Assembly (NCBI GenBank): GCA_965217865.1
Contig: CBDCJO010000001.1
Span: 224,001-288,000 of the forward strand
DNA from: Candidatus Latescibacterota bacterium
GTDB taxonomy: Bacteria; Latescibacterota; UBA2968; SICM01
Direction of reading: 5' to 3'
Length of the DNA: 64,000 bases
The position numbers and the translations under genes are program-made. This document shows, in pieces, positions 1 through 8,498 of the stretch. The notes beneath the pieces were generated by a model. That model was not told the DNA's origin and ran no database searches. It saw only the letters and a program-made list of their open reading frames with translations. Positions within the stretch are counted from its first letter, which is position 1; every line of letters starts with the position of its first letter.

Positions 1-1182
1 GAGGATGCGTGCGGAGAGGTCCTCCGTTCCGTCCGAAAGGAAATAGGACCGGATACACCCCTGGTCTCCACCTGCGACCTGCACGCCAACGTGACACCGC
101 GGATGACAGACTCGGCCACTGCCATCGTGGGTTACCAGACCTCCCCCCACGTAGACCTGGACCGAGCCGGAAGACGCGCGATGGAGATCCTTCTCGGAAC
201 CATCTCGGAAGGCCTACGGCCGACCGCCGCGCTCTGCCGTCTTCCGATGATCCTTCCCGGGGAAACCAGCGTGACGATCGAAGGACCCCTGGCCGAAGTG
301 ATCCAGGAGATAAAGGCCGTGGAAACCGTTCCTGGAATCCTTTCGGCCTCCGCCTTCGCTGTTCAGCCGTGGCTCGACCTTTCCGACGTCGGTTGCAGCG
401 TGCTCGTCGTGACGGATGGGGACGGCTCGCTTGCACGCTCTCAGGCCGAACGAATCGCGGACCTTTTTTGGCAACGACGGGACCGATTTCATGTGAGGTT
501 GGCCCCTTTGTCGGACACGATCAGCCTCGCCTCTCGGGGGAACGGAGGGCCGTATGTCGTATCGGATGCCCCTGACGCTCCGTCGTCCGGAAGCACCGGA
601 GATTCGACGGAGATCCTCAAGGCCCTGCTAGATTCGAGATTCGATCGAACCGCCCTCTTGAACGTTGTGGATCCGGTTGTGGTCGAACATGCGATCCAGG
701 CGGGGATTGGAGCTACGATCAACGTCTCCGTGGGTGGGAAGCTTGCCCCTGATTTTTTCTCACCCGCACGTATATCCGGATATGTCCGGACGATCTCCGA
801 CGGAAATTTTATCCACAAGGGGGCCGGCTACCGGGGGGTTGTGTTCCAGCGGGGCCGCACCGTCGTGCTGCAATCCGGGTCGATCTCCCTGATGGTCATG
901 GAACGCCCTGTCATTCAGTGGGACCTTCAGTTCTATCGATCCCTTGGATTGGAACCCACCGATGCCCGGATGGTTGTGCTGAAATCCCCCCAAGGGTTTC
1001 GCGCGGAATACGGCCGTTTCGCCGAGGCGATTCTCTTTCCCGATGTCAGGGGGATCTGTAGCTCGCACCTGGCTTCGATGCCATGGAAACGGATCGGCCG
1101 GCCGATTTATCCGATGGACGAACCCCGTGACTGGCGGAGCCCTCCGATCGGATGCGTGCACATCCCGGAGGGAATCGCTTGA
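1..1182 (+). CDS. MlrC-like M81 family metallopeptidase (5' partial)
   Basis: Frame open from base 1 (EDACGEVLR...STCDLHANVT); DLHAN, GYQTSPHVD and VVLKS..GFRA motifs typical of MlrC. Confidence 0.85.
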   Translation, partial: EDACGEVLRSVRKEIGPDTPLVSTCDLHANVTPRMTDSATAIVGYQTSPHVDLDRAGRRAMEILLGTISEGLRPTAALCRLPMILPGETSVTIEGPLAEVIQEIKAVETVPGILSASAFAVQPWLDLSDVGCSVLVVTDGDGSLARSQAERIADLFWQRRDRFHVRLAPLSDTISLASRGNGGPYVVSDAPDAPSSGSTGDSTEILKALLDSRFDRTALLNVVDPVVVEHAIQAGIGATINVSVGGKLAPDFFSPARISGYVRTISDGNFIHKGAGYRGVVFQRGRTVVLQSGSISLMVMERPVIQWDLQFYRSLGLEPTDARMVVLKSPQGFRAEYGRFAEAILFPDVRGICSSHLASMPWKRIGRPIYPMDEPRDWRSPPIGCVHIPEGIA

Positions 1183-1258
1183 TACGCAGATGACTGGAAC
1201 CTTTCGGGGGTTCACTCGTCCGAATTAGACGCCTTTCAATCCGAAATCCAGGGTCCCA

Positions 1259-2041
1259 ATGGCCGAATCTCCAGATCTCTCAAGACTCCCAGGTTATATC
1301 ACCTATCTCAAACAGTGGCGACTTCCCCACCTCCGGATCGGATTTATCTGGTCCGCAACATCACACTTCTGTGCCTTTGCCATCCTGTTCGTCTGGTTGT
1401 CCTGGTCCGGAGAACCCGAAGTCCGGCAGATCAGACTACGGGAATGGGATTCCCCCCAAAAGCTCTTTCTGCACGATATCCCCGTAATCCTCGAAGGAGG
1501 GGGAGGTACAACCGACCTGGAAGCCCCCCCGGGCCCCGGGATCGGAGAGGTTGCCGTCGAGATCCCCCCACTGGCCATTCCGGTCCCCGTAGCTGACGAC
1601 TTGGTTGCCCCCGATGCCACCATCGTAACCCAGGACAATGCCGATCTTGCGGGGCTCATGCCCGATGAACACGCGGATACAACGGGTGGCGGCGGGGGCG
1701 GCGGGGGTGGCGGATCCGGAGGGGGTTTCGGAGGAGGGGTCGGGGGCGGCCTTGGAAAGGGATTCGGATCTTTTCAAACCCCGCCCCGGCCAGTGAAGAT
1801 CGTGATGCCAGGTTATCCGGAGTCGATGGGCAAAGAGGAAAAAAAGGTCCTTTTTTTAATCCTGGTGGATGAATCGGGGAATGTGATTGAGGATCGGATT
1901 ATCGAATCCTCCCGCTCTACGGTTTTGGACAGGATCGCTGAAGAGGCTGTACGGAAATCCCTGTTTATCCCTGCAAAACAGAATGGTCGTTTCATCAAGG
2001 CGTGGACCCGATATGAAGTGACGTTCGGTCGAAAGAATTAA
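1259..2041 (+). CDS. Energy transducer TonB family protein
   Basis: N-terminal TM helix with S..H, Pro/Gly-rich linker, C-terminal TonB_C domain (P.YP...LVDESGNV...FIPAKQNG). Confidence 0.8.
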   Translation: MAESPDLSRLPGYITYLKQWRLPHLRIGFIWSATSHFCAFAILFVWLSWSGEPEVRQIRLREWDSPQKLFLHDIPVILEGGGGTTDLEAPPGPGIGEVAVEIPPLAIPVPVADDLVAPDATIVTQDNADLAGLMPDEHADTTGGGGGGGGGGSGGGFGGGVGGGLGKGFGSFQTPPRPVKIVMPGYPESMGKEEKKVLFLILVDESGNVIEDRIIESSRSTVLDRIAEEAVRKSLFIPAKQNGRFIKAWTRYEVTFGRKN

Positions 2042-2067
2042 GCCTGAGAAACATATTTAGGAAGAAC

Positions 2068-2106
2068 AAAAAAAAAGGGACGACCTTTACGGTCGCCCCT
2101 TTTTTT
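2068..2106. terminator. Bidirectional intrinsic terminator
   Basis: A9-GGGACGACC-TTTAC-GGTCGCCCC-T7 between convergent genes. Confidence 0.9.
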
Positions 2107-2119
2107 GGTGTAGCCTTAA

Positions 2120-2560
2120 TTATTTGATGTCCGCGTGAAAATCGTTCCAATCTTCAAGGGCATTCAGGTGGACCGCATCCAACACGGAACCGTCGTCTGT
2201 CCGACCTGCCGCTGAGAGAATGCTGGTGCGGGTTTCGTCCGCGTGGTTGTAGCCTCGGATCGCGGAATTTAAGGCCTCCACTTCGCCCTGATTGAGGCTG
2301 CCGCCTTTCTGATCGAGAATCCACTGTTCGAACTGCGGGTAGGTAGGAAACTCACTACGCAGGTAGGCCAGGGTGGCGTCCCGATCCAGCTTCAGGCCGT
2401 CGAGGACCATCTGATCAAATCCCATTCCGCAGATATCGTGGCCCTCCGGCAGTAGATCTCTCGCACCCATGAGAACTTTTAACCAGAGTCTCGGCAGGTG
2501 GCAAACCCCCAGGGGGCCCTGTACATCGGAACTGATCAATGGGACGATCGAATTAGCCAT
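2120..2560 (-). CDS. DUF5069-like protein
   Basis: VPLISS..GPLGVCHLPRLWLK and PTYPQFEQWI motifs; strong SD AGGAGGTG. Confidence 0.7.
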   Translation of the reverse strand: MANSIVPLISSDVQGPLGVCHLPRLWLKVLMGARDLLPEGHDICGMGFDQMVLDGLKLDRDATLAYLRSEFPTYPQFEQWILDQKGGSLNQGEVEALNSAIRGYNHADETRTSILSAAGRTDDGSVLDAVHLNALEDWNDFHADIK

Positions 2561-2615
2561 CTTTCACCTCCTTGGTAAAATGGACTCGGATTTTCCAGCT
2601 ATCAGAACGCAATTC

Positions 2616-2644
2616 AAAATATGCGGAGAGCGTTTCCGTGTCAA
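2616..2644 (-). promoter_or_regulatory. sigma70 promoter of DUF5069-like gene
   Basis: TTGACA-17 bp-TATTTT. Confidence 0.75.
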
Positions 2645-2696
2645 GTCATTTAACTGAGAGAGAGTTACCGCTATCTGGTGCCCCTTCTGGTCCTAA

Positions 2697-3067
2697 TTAT
2701 CGATCTTTAAACGATTCCTCAAGATTCTTGTCGAGCACAAAAACGAGGATATGCTTTCCGGTTTTGGTGCTGAGGTCGGTCAGGAGACTCAAGACCCGGC
2801 AACCGGTGAGCTCCTTTATCCAAGTTTCAAGCATGTCCTTCGAGGTTTCCACCAGTCGAAGACGCATCTCCCGGATCAGGGAAGAGCCATTTGAATCTTT
2901 GGCCAGGTGACGTTCGGCGGGCATCAGCACACCCTGCAGACGCACCACGGCCATGTCCTGGACGATAACGGGCCCCGTCCGGAACCCCGTCCGATATGCT
3001 GCTTTTCGAACCGGATCAGAAGTTTGCTGATCTCGGCCTCCATCTGTCCCTTCGTCAGATTCTGCAC
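2697..3067 (-). pseudogene. MpsC/DUF2294 family protein, frameshifted
   Basis: GTG at 3067 (SD GGGAG) gives MQNLTKGQMEAEISKLLIRFEKQHIGRG, then stop at 2924; remainder (VIVQDMAVVRLQGVLMPAE...HILVFVLD) is in the -1 frame. Confidence 0.75.
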
Positions 3068-3082
3068 CGCACCGCGCTCCCA

Positions 3083-3445
3083 TCATGATTCCGGTTTCTC
3101 ATCTTCCAACTCAAACATGGCCACGATGCTCCCCGTCAGCGGGCTGATGGCTGTCTGCACGTCGAGAACCCGTCTATCCATCGCATCGGCTATAAGCTGT
3201 TCCACCGACGGTTCCGCCCCTCCCTTGAAAAGCATTGTCGTAAACCTCTCCACCAGATCCTGGCCCCGTTCAGTCAGGGCGAGATGTTTTTCAGGGGCCG
3301 GAAGCACCTCCTTGAGGTGGACGATGACCACATCACCCCTCACCATCACATTGACCGAAGAAGGTCGAATCCCCATTTCCTGCCGCTCGAACTGTTCGAC
3401 CAGGTCGCCGATGGCAGCTTGCAGGGTGCTATTTTCCTCAGGCAT
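3083..3445 (-). CDS. MpsC/DUF2294 family protein
   Basis: FERQEMGIRP..V.V...GDVVIVHLKEVLPAPEKHLA...TGSIVAMFEL pattern; start uncertain (3445 or 3502). Confidence 0.75.
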   Translation of the reverse strand: MPEENSTLQAAIGDLVEQFERQEMGIRPSSVNVMVRGDVVIVHLKEVLPAPEKHLALTERGQDLVERFTTMLFKGGAEPSVEQLIADAMDRRVLDVQTAISPLTGSIVAMFELEDEKPES

Positions 3446-3502
3446 CACAAATTCAGGAGTCGGGTGGTCACGGATCGAATTTCCGCGGACAAAATCTTTC
3501 AC

Positions 3503-3907
3503 TCACGGGTTATTTTTCAGAATCTGGTCCTTCTCGACGACAAAACCGACAAGCCGCTTCTTGCCCAGCTGTTTCAGGTAATGGAGCAGGGAGATTTCAG
3601 ACTCCTTCAAATTGAGCTTGTGCTGCTGACTCAACCTCCGGATCATCGTCTCTACCGTCGTCTGGCCATCGCACATATCCCAAACCCCCGAACCCACTTC
3701 GTCAAGGATCAGCTTTCTCCGTTCCGGAAGATGTAAAAATTTGGCCAGAAGATCGATTTTCCACGATTCCCGGGTTCGTACAATCGTGATGCAGACCTCG
3801 CCGTTTTCGTCCCGATCCCACGTGACCGCGTCATTCCGAGTGGGTTTTGAGGTAAGCATCGCTTCGCGACTGATCCGGGGACTGCGACGGGTGGCAAACC
3901 ACCTCAC
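3503..3907 (-). CDS. PqqD family (RRE-like) protein
   Basis: LDEVGSGVWDMCDGQTTVETMI...LKQLGKKRLV; GTG at 3907 with SD GAGGAGG. Confidence 0.8.
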   Translation of the reverse strand: MRWFATRRSPRISREAMLTSKPTRNDAVTWDRDENGEVCITIVRTRESWKIDLLAKFLHLPERRKLILDEVGSGVWDMCDGQTTVETMIRRLSQQHKLNLKESEISLLHYLKQLGKKRLVGFVVEKDQILKNNP

Positions 3908-4829
3908 GACAGACCTCCTCAAGAGGAGCGGCTTCCCCCTCACGTTTGTATACCGTCAAGGCGGCGAAGATCTTATTGGATTCGGGACAATGCCAAGCCC
4001 ACCCTTCCAGGAAAAATCGTTTCTTGGCATAGAGAAAGGGAAGCGGACTCAGGAATCCGCGCAACCTGCTCTTAGGCCTTCCCTCCAGGCGGATGCCGGG
4101 ATGCCTCTGACCCGAAAAGGGTTCGATATGAAAATCAAGGTCTCGAAGGAGTTTATCATAAAAATCTTCAAACCAGTCCTGAAGGGATCTCTCCCTCAAT
4201 AACACGCCGGCCATACTTAAACGGTCCACCTGGAGGGTGGTCTCACCGTCTAAGAACCTGAGCTGGATGTGGCCCGATCGAAGGGTGGAAGTGTCCAGAT
4301 CGAATCCCTGGGGGATATGGCACAAAAGATCGTAAAGCGCCCATATCCCAGGGACTTCTGGATCCTGGTCTTCCAGGGACAGCAGGATATCCCGGGCGAC
4401 CACAAGGATATCTTCTTTGAGTTTTCCGATGATTCTGATGAACGCCAACCTCTTCGACTTCCGAAACCGGCGGGCAAGGGCGTAGACACGAAAGTCCGTT
4501 TCCCAGAAGATGGTCTCCTGATCATCCCCTGAAAGCCGTCCCCGGGTACCCGGCATGGCAAATGGGCGGTGAACCTCCAGGGGTCCGGACTTTCGTTGAA
4601 TCTGTTTTTCAAGTTCCTCAACAAATCGATCCACCGTACTCGAGATGGCCACATCTTCCCGGTCCCCCCTCCATTCCAATTCCATCCGAACCATCTCCGT
4701 GTCGTCTAGACGAATGCTCCCGGAATGAAACCCACCCGTGATTCGCCCCGGATTCCATTCCGCGGGGATGCGCATCAGGAAACCCTGCCATCCGAGAGGC
4801 ACCCAGTCTGTATATCGAACCTTCTTCAT
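3831..4829 (-). CDS. Conserved hypothetical protein upstream of PqqD
   Basis: Long ORF, likely start ATG 4829 (MKKVRYTDWVPLGWQG); WHC...CH motif near the C-terminus. Confidence 0.7.
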   Translation of the reverse strand: MKKVRYTDWVPLGWQGFLMRIPAEWNPGRITGGFHSGSIRLDDTEMVRMELEWRGDREDVAISSTVDRFVEELEKQIQRKSGPLEVHRPFAMPGTRGRLSGDDQETIFWETDFRVYALARRFRKSKRLAFIRIIGKLKEDILVVARDILLSLEDQDPEVPGIWALYDLLCHIPQGFDLDTSTLRSGHIQLRFLDGETTLQVDRLSMAGVLLRERSLQDWFEDFYDKLLRDLDFHIEPFSGQRHPGIRLEGRPKSRLRGFLSPLPFLYAKKRFFLEGWAWHCPESNKIFAALTVYKREGEAAPLEEVCREVVCHPSQSPDQSRSDAYLKTHSE

Positions 4830-4835
4830 AGCACA

Positions 4836-4865
4836 AAGATACACCGGTAAACATCCGACCGTCAA
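4836..4865 (-). promoter_or_regulatory. sigma70-like promoter, predicted leaderless transcript
   Basis: TTGACG-18 bp-TATCTT, 6 nt before ATG 4829. Confidence 0.55.
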
Positions 4866-4902
4866 GATTTTTCCTGAACTGCACGTCCGGGCAGATTGGG
4901 GC

Positions 4903-4931
4903 TTGACAAATGAACTCATGTGCAGTATATT
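4903..4931 (+). promoter_or_regulatory. lexA promoter with candidate SOS box in the spacer
   Basis: TTGACA-17 bp-TATATT; spacer holds TGAAC-TCAT-GTGCA (4911-4924). Confidence 0.75.
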
Positions 4932-4966
4932 CAAATGGGCAGCGAACCATCCTCAAGGAGGTCACT

Positions 4967-5596
4967 ATGAGAAAGACGTTGACCGAAAGACAACGGTCGA
5001 TCTACGAATACATCGTGGATGTCATTCGCACTATGGGCTTTCCTCCCACGATCAGAGAGATGATGGGGGAGTTTAACATCGCCTCCACGAACGGCGTCCG
5101 TACGACATTGTCAGCCCTCGCTAAGAAGGGATATATTCGAAGGCGACCGATGCTCTCCCGTGGAATTGAGCTCACCGACTTCGTTGACCGCAGCATTCCT
5201 GACGCAACCAGGACCAGCCAGATCCCGATGGTGGGCAAGGTGGCGGCCGGAGAGCCGATTCTCGCTGTAGAGAACGTCACCGGAACGCTCGGGGTGGACA
5301 GGACTTTTTTGCCTACGGAGGGGGTTTTTGCGCTGGAAGTACAGGGAGAGAGTATGAAGAATGCGGGGATCTTTCACGGCGATTATGTCCTTGCGCGTCA
5401 GCAGGAACACGCGGATCCAGGGGATATCATCGTCGCGATCGTAGGCGATGAAGCCACTGTGAAACGATATTACCGGGATGGGAGCGGAGTCCGATTGATG
5501 CCTGAGAACGAATCTTTCGAACCACTCATGATCAACGGGGGGGACCCGGATTTCAGGATTTCAGGGAAGGTTGTCGGATTGATGCGTAAGTTTTAA
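4967..5596 (+). CDS. lexA: SOS repressor LexA
   Basis: wHTH (LTERQ..GFPPTIRE), VAAG cleavage site, GESM Ser and ATVK Lys; SD AAGGAGG before ATG 4967. Confidence 0.97.
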   Translation: MRKTLTERQRSIYEYIVDVIRTMGFPPTIREMMGEFNIASTNGVRTTLSALAKKGYIRRRPMLSRGIELTDFVDRSIPDATRTSQIPMVGKVAAGEPILAVENVTGTLGVDRTFLPTEGVFALEVQGESMKNAGIFHGDYVLARQQEHADPGDIIVAIVGDEATVKRYYRDGSGVRLMPENESFEPLMINGGDPDFRISGKVVGLMRKF

Positions 5597-5619
5597 GCCG
5601 GACGGATCCGGGCTCTTCA

Positions 5620-6723
5620 TCAACCCCTGACGAACATCTTTCCGGGAAGTTGCTTAGCCAGTCCCGCCAGTTCCAACGATAGCAGAGTTCCAAGGGTTTT
5701 GCCCGGAGGGAAACCGATTACCGACGCGATTACATCCACGTGGGTGATCTCAGTGGAAAGCGCGGTCAGGACGGCAGTCTCATCCTGGGACAGCTCGCGG
5801 TGGAACGGTAACTCAGCCTGGAGGGGGGATGGCATTCCTCTGAGATTCCCCTGAAGCTCCTCAACGACATCCTGCACACCCTGGACCAGCTTCGCACCGT
5901 TTTTGATTAACCGGTTTGCACCCTGACTATTCTCTGAGTCGATCGGCCCGGGAACCGCGAACACCTCCCTTCCCTGTTCCAGGGCGTGCCGGGCGGTAAG
6001 AAGCGCTCCGCTTTTCACACTCGCTTCCACGATCAGAACCCCCAGACTCATACCGCTGATGATTCTATTCCGCTGGGGAAACAAATTCGCTTCCGGTTTT
6101 GTTCCCATCGGGAATTCGGACACGATCGCTCCGGATTGTGAAATGTCCTCGAAAAGCCACTGATTTTCCGATGGGTAGACCACGTCGGTCCCGCATCCCA
6201 GTACTGCCACGGTTCTTCCTCCCCGTTCGAGTGTGCGTTGATGTGCGATCGTGTCGATGCCTCTGGCAAGCCCGCTCACGATCGTAAATCCCAGTTCAGC
6301 AAGACCCGAAGTCAGCATCCGCGCAATCTTCTTCCCGTATTCGCTGGCTATCCTCGGCCCGACCACGCCCACACAAAAACCCTTCCACATCTCGTGGGAT
6401 CCCTTGATAAACAGAATCGGCGGTGGGGCGTGGATCTCCCTGAGCAGAGACGGATACCGGATGTCCTCCAACGTTATGATCGTGGTCTCTTCCCTTTCTG
6501 CTGCGTTTATTTGGGACGCCACCCAGCCCTCGTCCGTATTTTGTATGGCCAGTGCCGTTTCCCGGTCCATCCGTGGCAAGGCCATTAAGGCATCGAGCGA
6601 TGCGGAGAGGGCAGCACCCGGGTTCCCAAAATTCAGTAGCAACTCCCTGTAAAGGCCCGGCCCCACCCCCTGTACCGACAGGAGCCTCAGCCAAGGCTTC
6701 ACCTCTTCGATATCAATCTTCAT
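5620..6723 (-). CDS. dprA: DNA-processing protein DprA
   Basis: IVSGLARGID, FPQRNRIISG, SGALLTA, GREVFAVPG motifs. Confidence 0.96.
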   Translation of the reverse strand: MKIDIEEVKPWLRLLSVQGVGPGLYRELLLNFGNPGAALSASLDALMALPRMDRETALAIQNTDEGWVASQINAAEREETTIITLEDIRYPSLLREIHAPPPILFIKGSHEMWKGFCVGVVGPRIASEYGKKIARMLTSGLAELGFTIVSGLARGIDTIAHQRTLERGGRTVAVLGCGTDVVYPSENQWLFEDISQSGAIVSEFPMGTKPEANLFPQRNRIISGMSLGVLIVEASVKSGALLTARHALEQGREVFAVPGPIDSENSQGANRLIKNGAKLVQGVQDVVEELQGNLRGMPSPLQAELPFHRELSQDETAVLTALSTEITHVDVIASVIGFPPGKTLGTLLSLELAGLAKQLPGKMFVRG

Positions 6724-6749
6724 TTCGATGGCCTCAACAGGCTAATCTC

Positions 6750-6954
6750 CCCGTCAGGGCTTGCCATGGTTGGGTTGTGAAAGATTTTTTCGCAGGGTGA
6801 TCAATATTTGCACGTGTGCACGGAAAGAGTTTCACTCCAGTGACACGATATGATCGGACTGATGCACGTGTTCAACGGGTTTGAAGATCGGAACCACGAA
6901 TCGCAGAGTTGGTCCCCGAACCAATAGGCAATTTGAATGCCAGGTACCGACGGG
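6750..6954. other. Nested inverted-repeat element, putative structured RNA
   Basis: Several concentric complementary segments (see findings); strand and identity unknown. Confidence 0.45.
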
Positions 6955-6988
6955 TTTGATCCGCGGTAAATCTTCGGGGTGTACAATC

Positions 6989-7020
6989 AAAAGCCGCAGC
7001 CGGTACTTCCAGCTGCGGCT
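6989..7020 (-). terminator. Intrinsic terminator after rlmD
   Basis: AGCCGCAGC...GCTGCGGCT stem followed by a T-run on the minus strand. Confidence 0.75.
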
Positions 7021-7049
7021 CAATCGCTTCGGCATCAGTGCGATAGCCA

Positions 7050-8408
7050 TCAGGCTCTTTTTACCGCCCTGATCACCGTTTCGCAGTGGGCGGTCTGAGG
7101 GAACAGATCGACCAGGCGTGCCCGATCTGCACGATAACCCGCCGCCTGCAAGCGGGACAGATCTGCCGCAAGGGAGGTTGGATTGCAGGATACGTAGACG
7201 ATCCGGGATGGGGAAAGCTCGATCAAGGTCCTGAGCGCCTCGGGGTGCATGCCGGGCCTGGGGGGGTCCACCACGACGACCTCATACCTTTCCCCCTGCC
7301 TATTGAGCTGCTTCAGAATCACGGTGGCCTCCCCGTGGATAAACCGACACCCCGTAACCCCATTCTCGGCGCAATTCCGCAGGGCGTCTTTAACCGCGTC
7401 CTCGGAAGACTCAACCCCGATCACGGATTCGGCCTTCCGTGCCAGATACATCGCAATCACACCGGTCCCTGAATACAGATCGAGGGCGCGATCCCCAGGG
7501 CGCGGATCTGCGTAATCATGGACCAGTTCATACATCCGTTCCGCTTGCCTCGGGTTGGTTTGAAAAAAGGAATTGGGCGAGATCCGGAAGGCAAGGCCTC
7601 CGAGTTCCTCCCGGATGAATCCTTCGCCGTGGAGGACGGTCATAAAGTCCCCTACGGCCACCTGCGCCATCCGCCGATTGACCGTGTGAATTATAGTTGA
7701 GACCTCCGGAACAGACTCCAAAAGGGATTTCACCATCGCGGGGCGCGATTCAAAGGGTTCATCCGAAGTGACCAGATTCACCATGACCTCTCCGGTTTTT
7801 ACGCCCTCCCTGATCGTGAGGAAGCGTAACAATCCTCGATGACGTTTCAGGTCATAGGACTGAAGGCCTTCAGATCGGGCGAAGTCGCGAATTGCCGCAA
7901 CGATTCGATTTGAGACCTCCGATTGGAGGTGGCATCGGCTAAGATCGAACACCTTGTCAAACTTCCCCCTCTGGTGAAGCCCCAGAATGACCTCGCCTCC
8001 CTTCTGGCCGAAAGAAAACTCCATCTTATTTCGATAGAAGAAGGGTTCTTCGGCGACCATTGGATCCTCGAATTCTAAGTCCATCTCGGAACGCGCGAGA
8101 GTTTCACGGACGATTTTCAACTTCAGTCGGACCTGGTCTTCGTAGGGGATGTTCTGCCAAAGACATCCGCCACATGTCCCGAAGTGTGTGCAGACCGGGG
8201 AAATCCTTTCTAGCCCAGGTTCCACTAGCGCAGTCATTCGGGACTCCAACATCTGCTTTCGCATACGACCAACCCGAACCTCAACCCGATCGCCGGGCAT
8301 GGCACCGGGCACCCTGAAGGTAATCCCATCCGATTGTCCAACCCCCTTTCCATCAGGGTCCAGGCCAACGACGGAAAGCGTGACCAGACTGTTTCGTCTG
8401 GGTTTCAA
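7050..8408 (-). CDS. rlmD: 23S rRNA (uracil-5)-methyltransferase RlmD
   Basis: TRAM domain, C..F..CGGC Fe-S motif, SFFQTN, DPPRPG, YVSCNP, DLFPQTAHCE. Confidence 0.93.
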   Translation of the reverse strand: MKPRRNSLVTLSVVGLDPDGKGVGQSDGITFRVPGAMPGDRVEVRVGRMRKQMLESRMTALVEPGLERISPVCTHFGTCGGCLWQNIPYEDQVRLKLKIVRETLARSEMDLEFEDPMVAEEPFFYRNKMEFSFGQKGGEVILGLHQRGKFDKVFDLSRCHLQSEVSNRIVAAIRDFARSEGLQSYDLKRHRGLLRFLTIREGVKTGEVMVNLVTSDEPFESRPAMVKSLLESVPEVSTIIHTVNRRMAQVAVGDFMTVLHGEGFIREELGGLAFRISPNSFFQTNPRQAERMYELVHDYADPRPGDRALDLYSGTGVIAMYLARKAESVIGVESSEDAVKDALRNCAENGVTGCRFIHGEATVILKQLNRQGERYEVVVVDPPRPGMHPEALRTLIELSPSRIVYVSCNPTSLAADLSRLQAAGYRADRARLVDLFPQTAHCETVIRAVKRA

Positions 8409-8419
8409 TATCGTCTCCT

Positions 8420-8460
8420 AAAAAAGAGGGCAAGTCCGACAAATAAAGCCGGATTGTCCT
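8420..8460 (-). terminator. Probable terminator after rplQ
   Basis: Imperfect stem AGGACAATCCG/CGGACTTGCCCT followed by T6 on the minus strand. Confidence 0.5.
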
Positions 8461-8498
8461 AATTTCACACAAGGCTGCGGCCTGCTGCTACCCGCGTC

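Noticed and set aside
1684-1770. G-rich low-complexity tract (possible G-quadruplex)
   Set aside because: Explained by the poly-Gly linker of the TonB protein
6801-7072. Short ORFs between dprA and rlmD
   Set aside because: No SD or recognisable motifs; they run through a terminator and the inverted-repeat element
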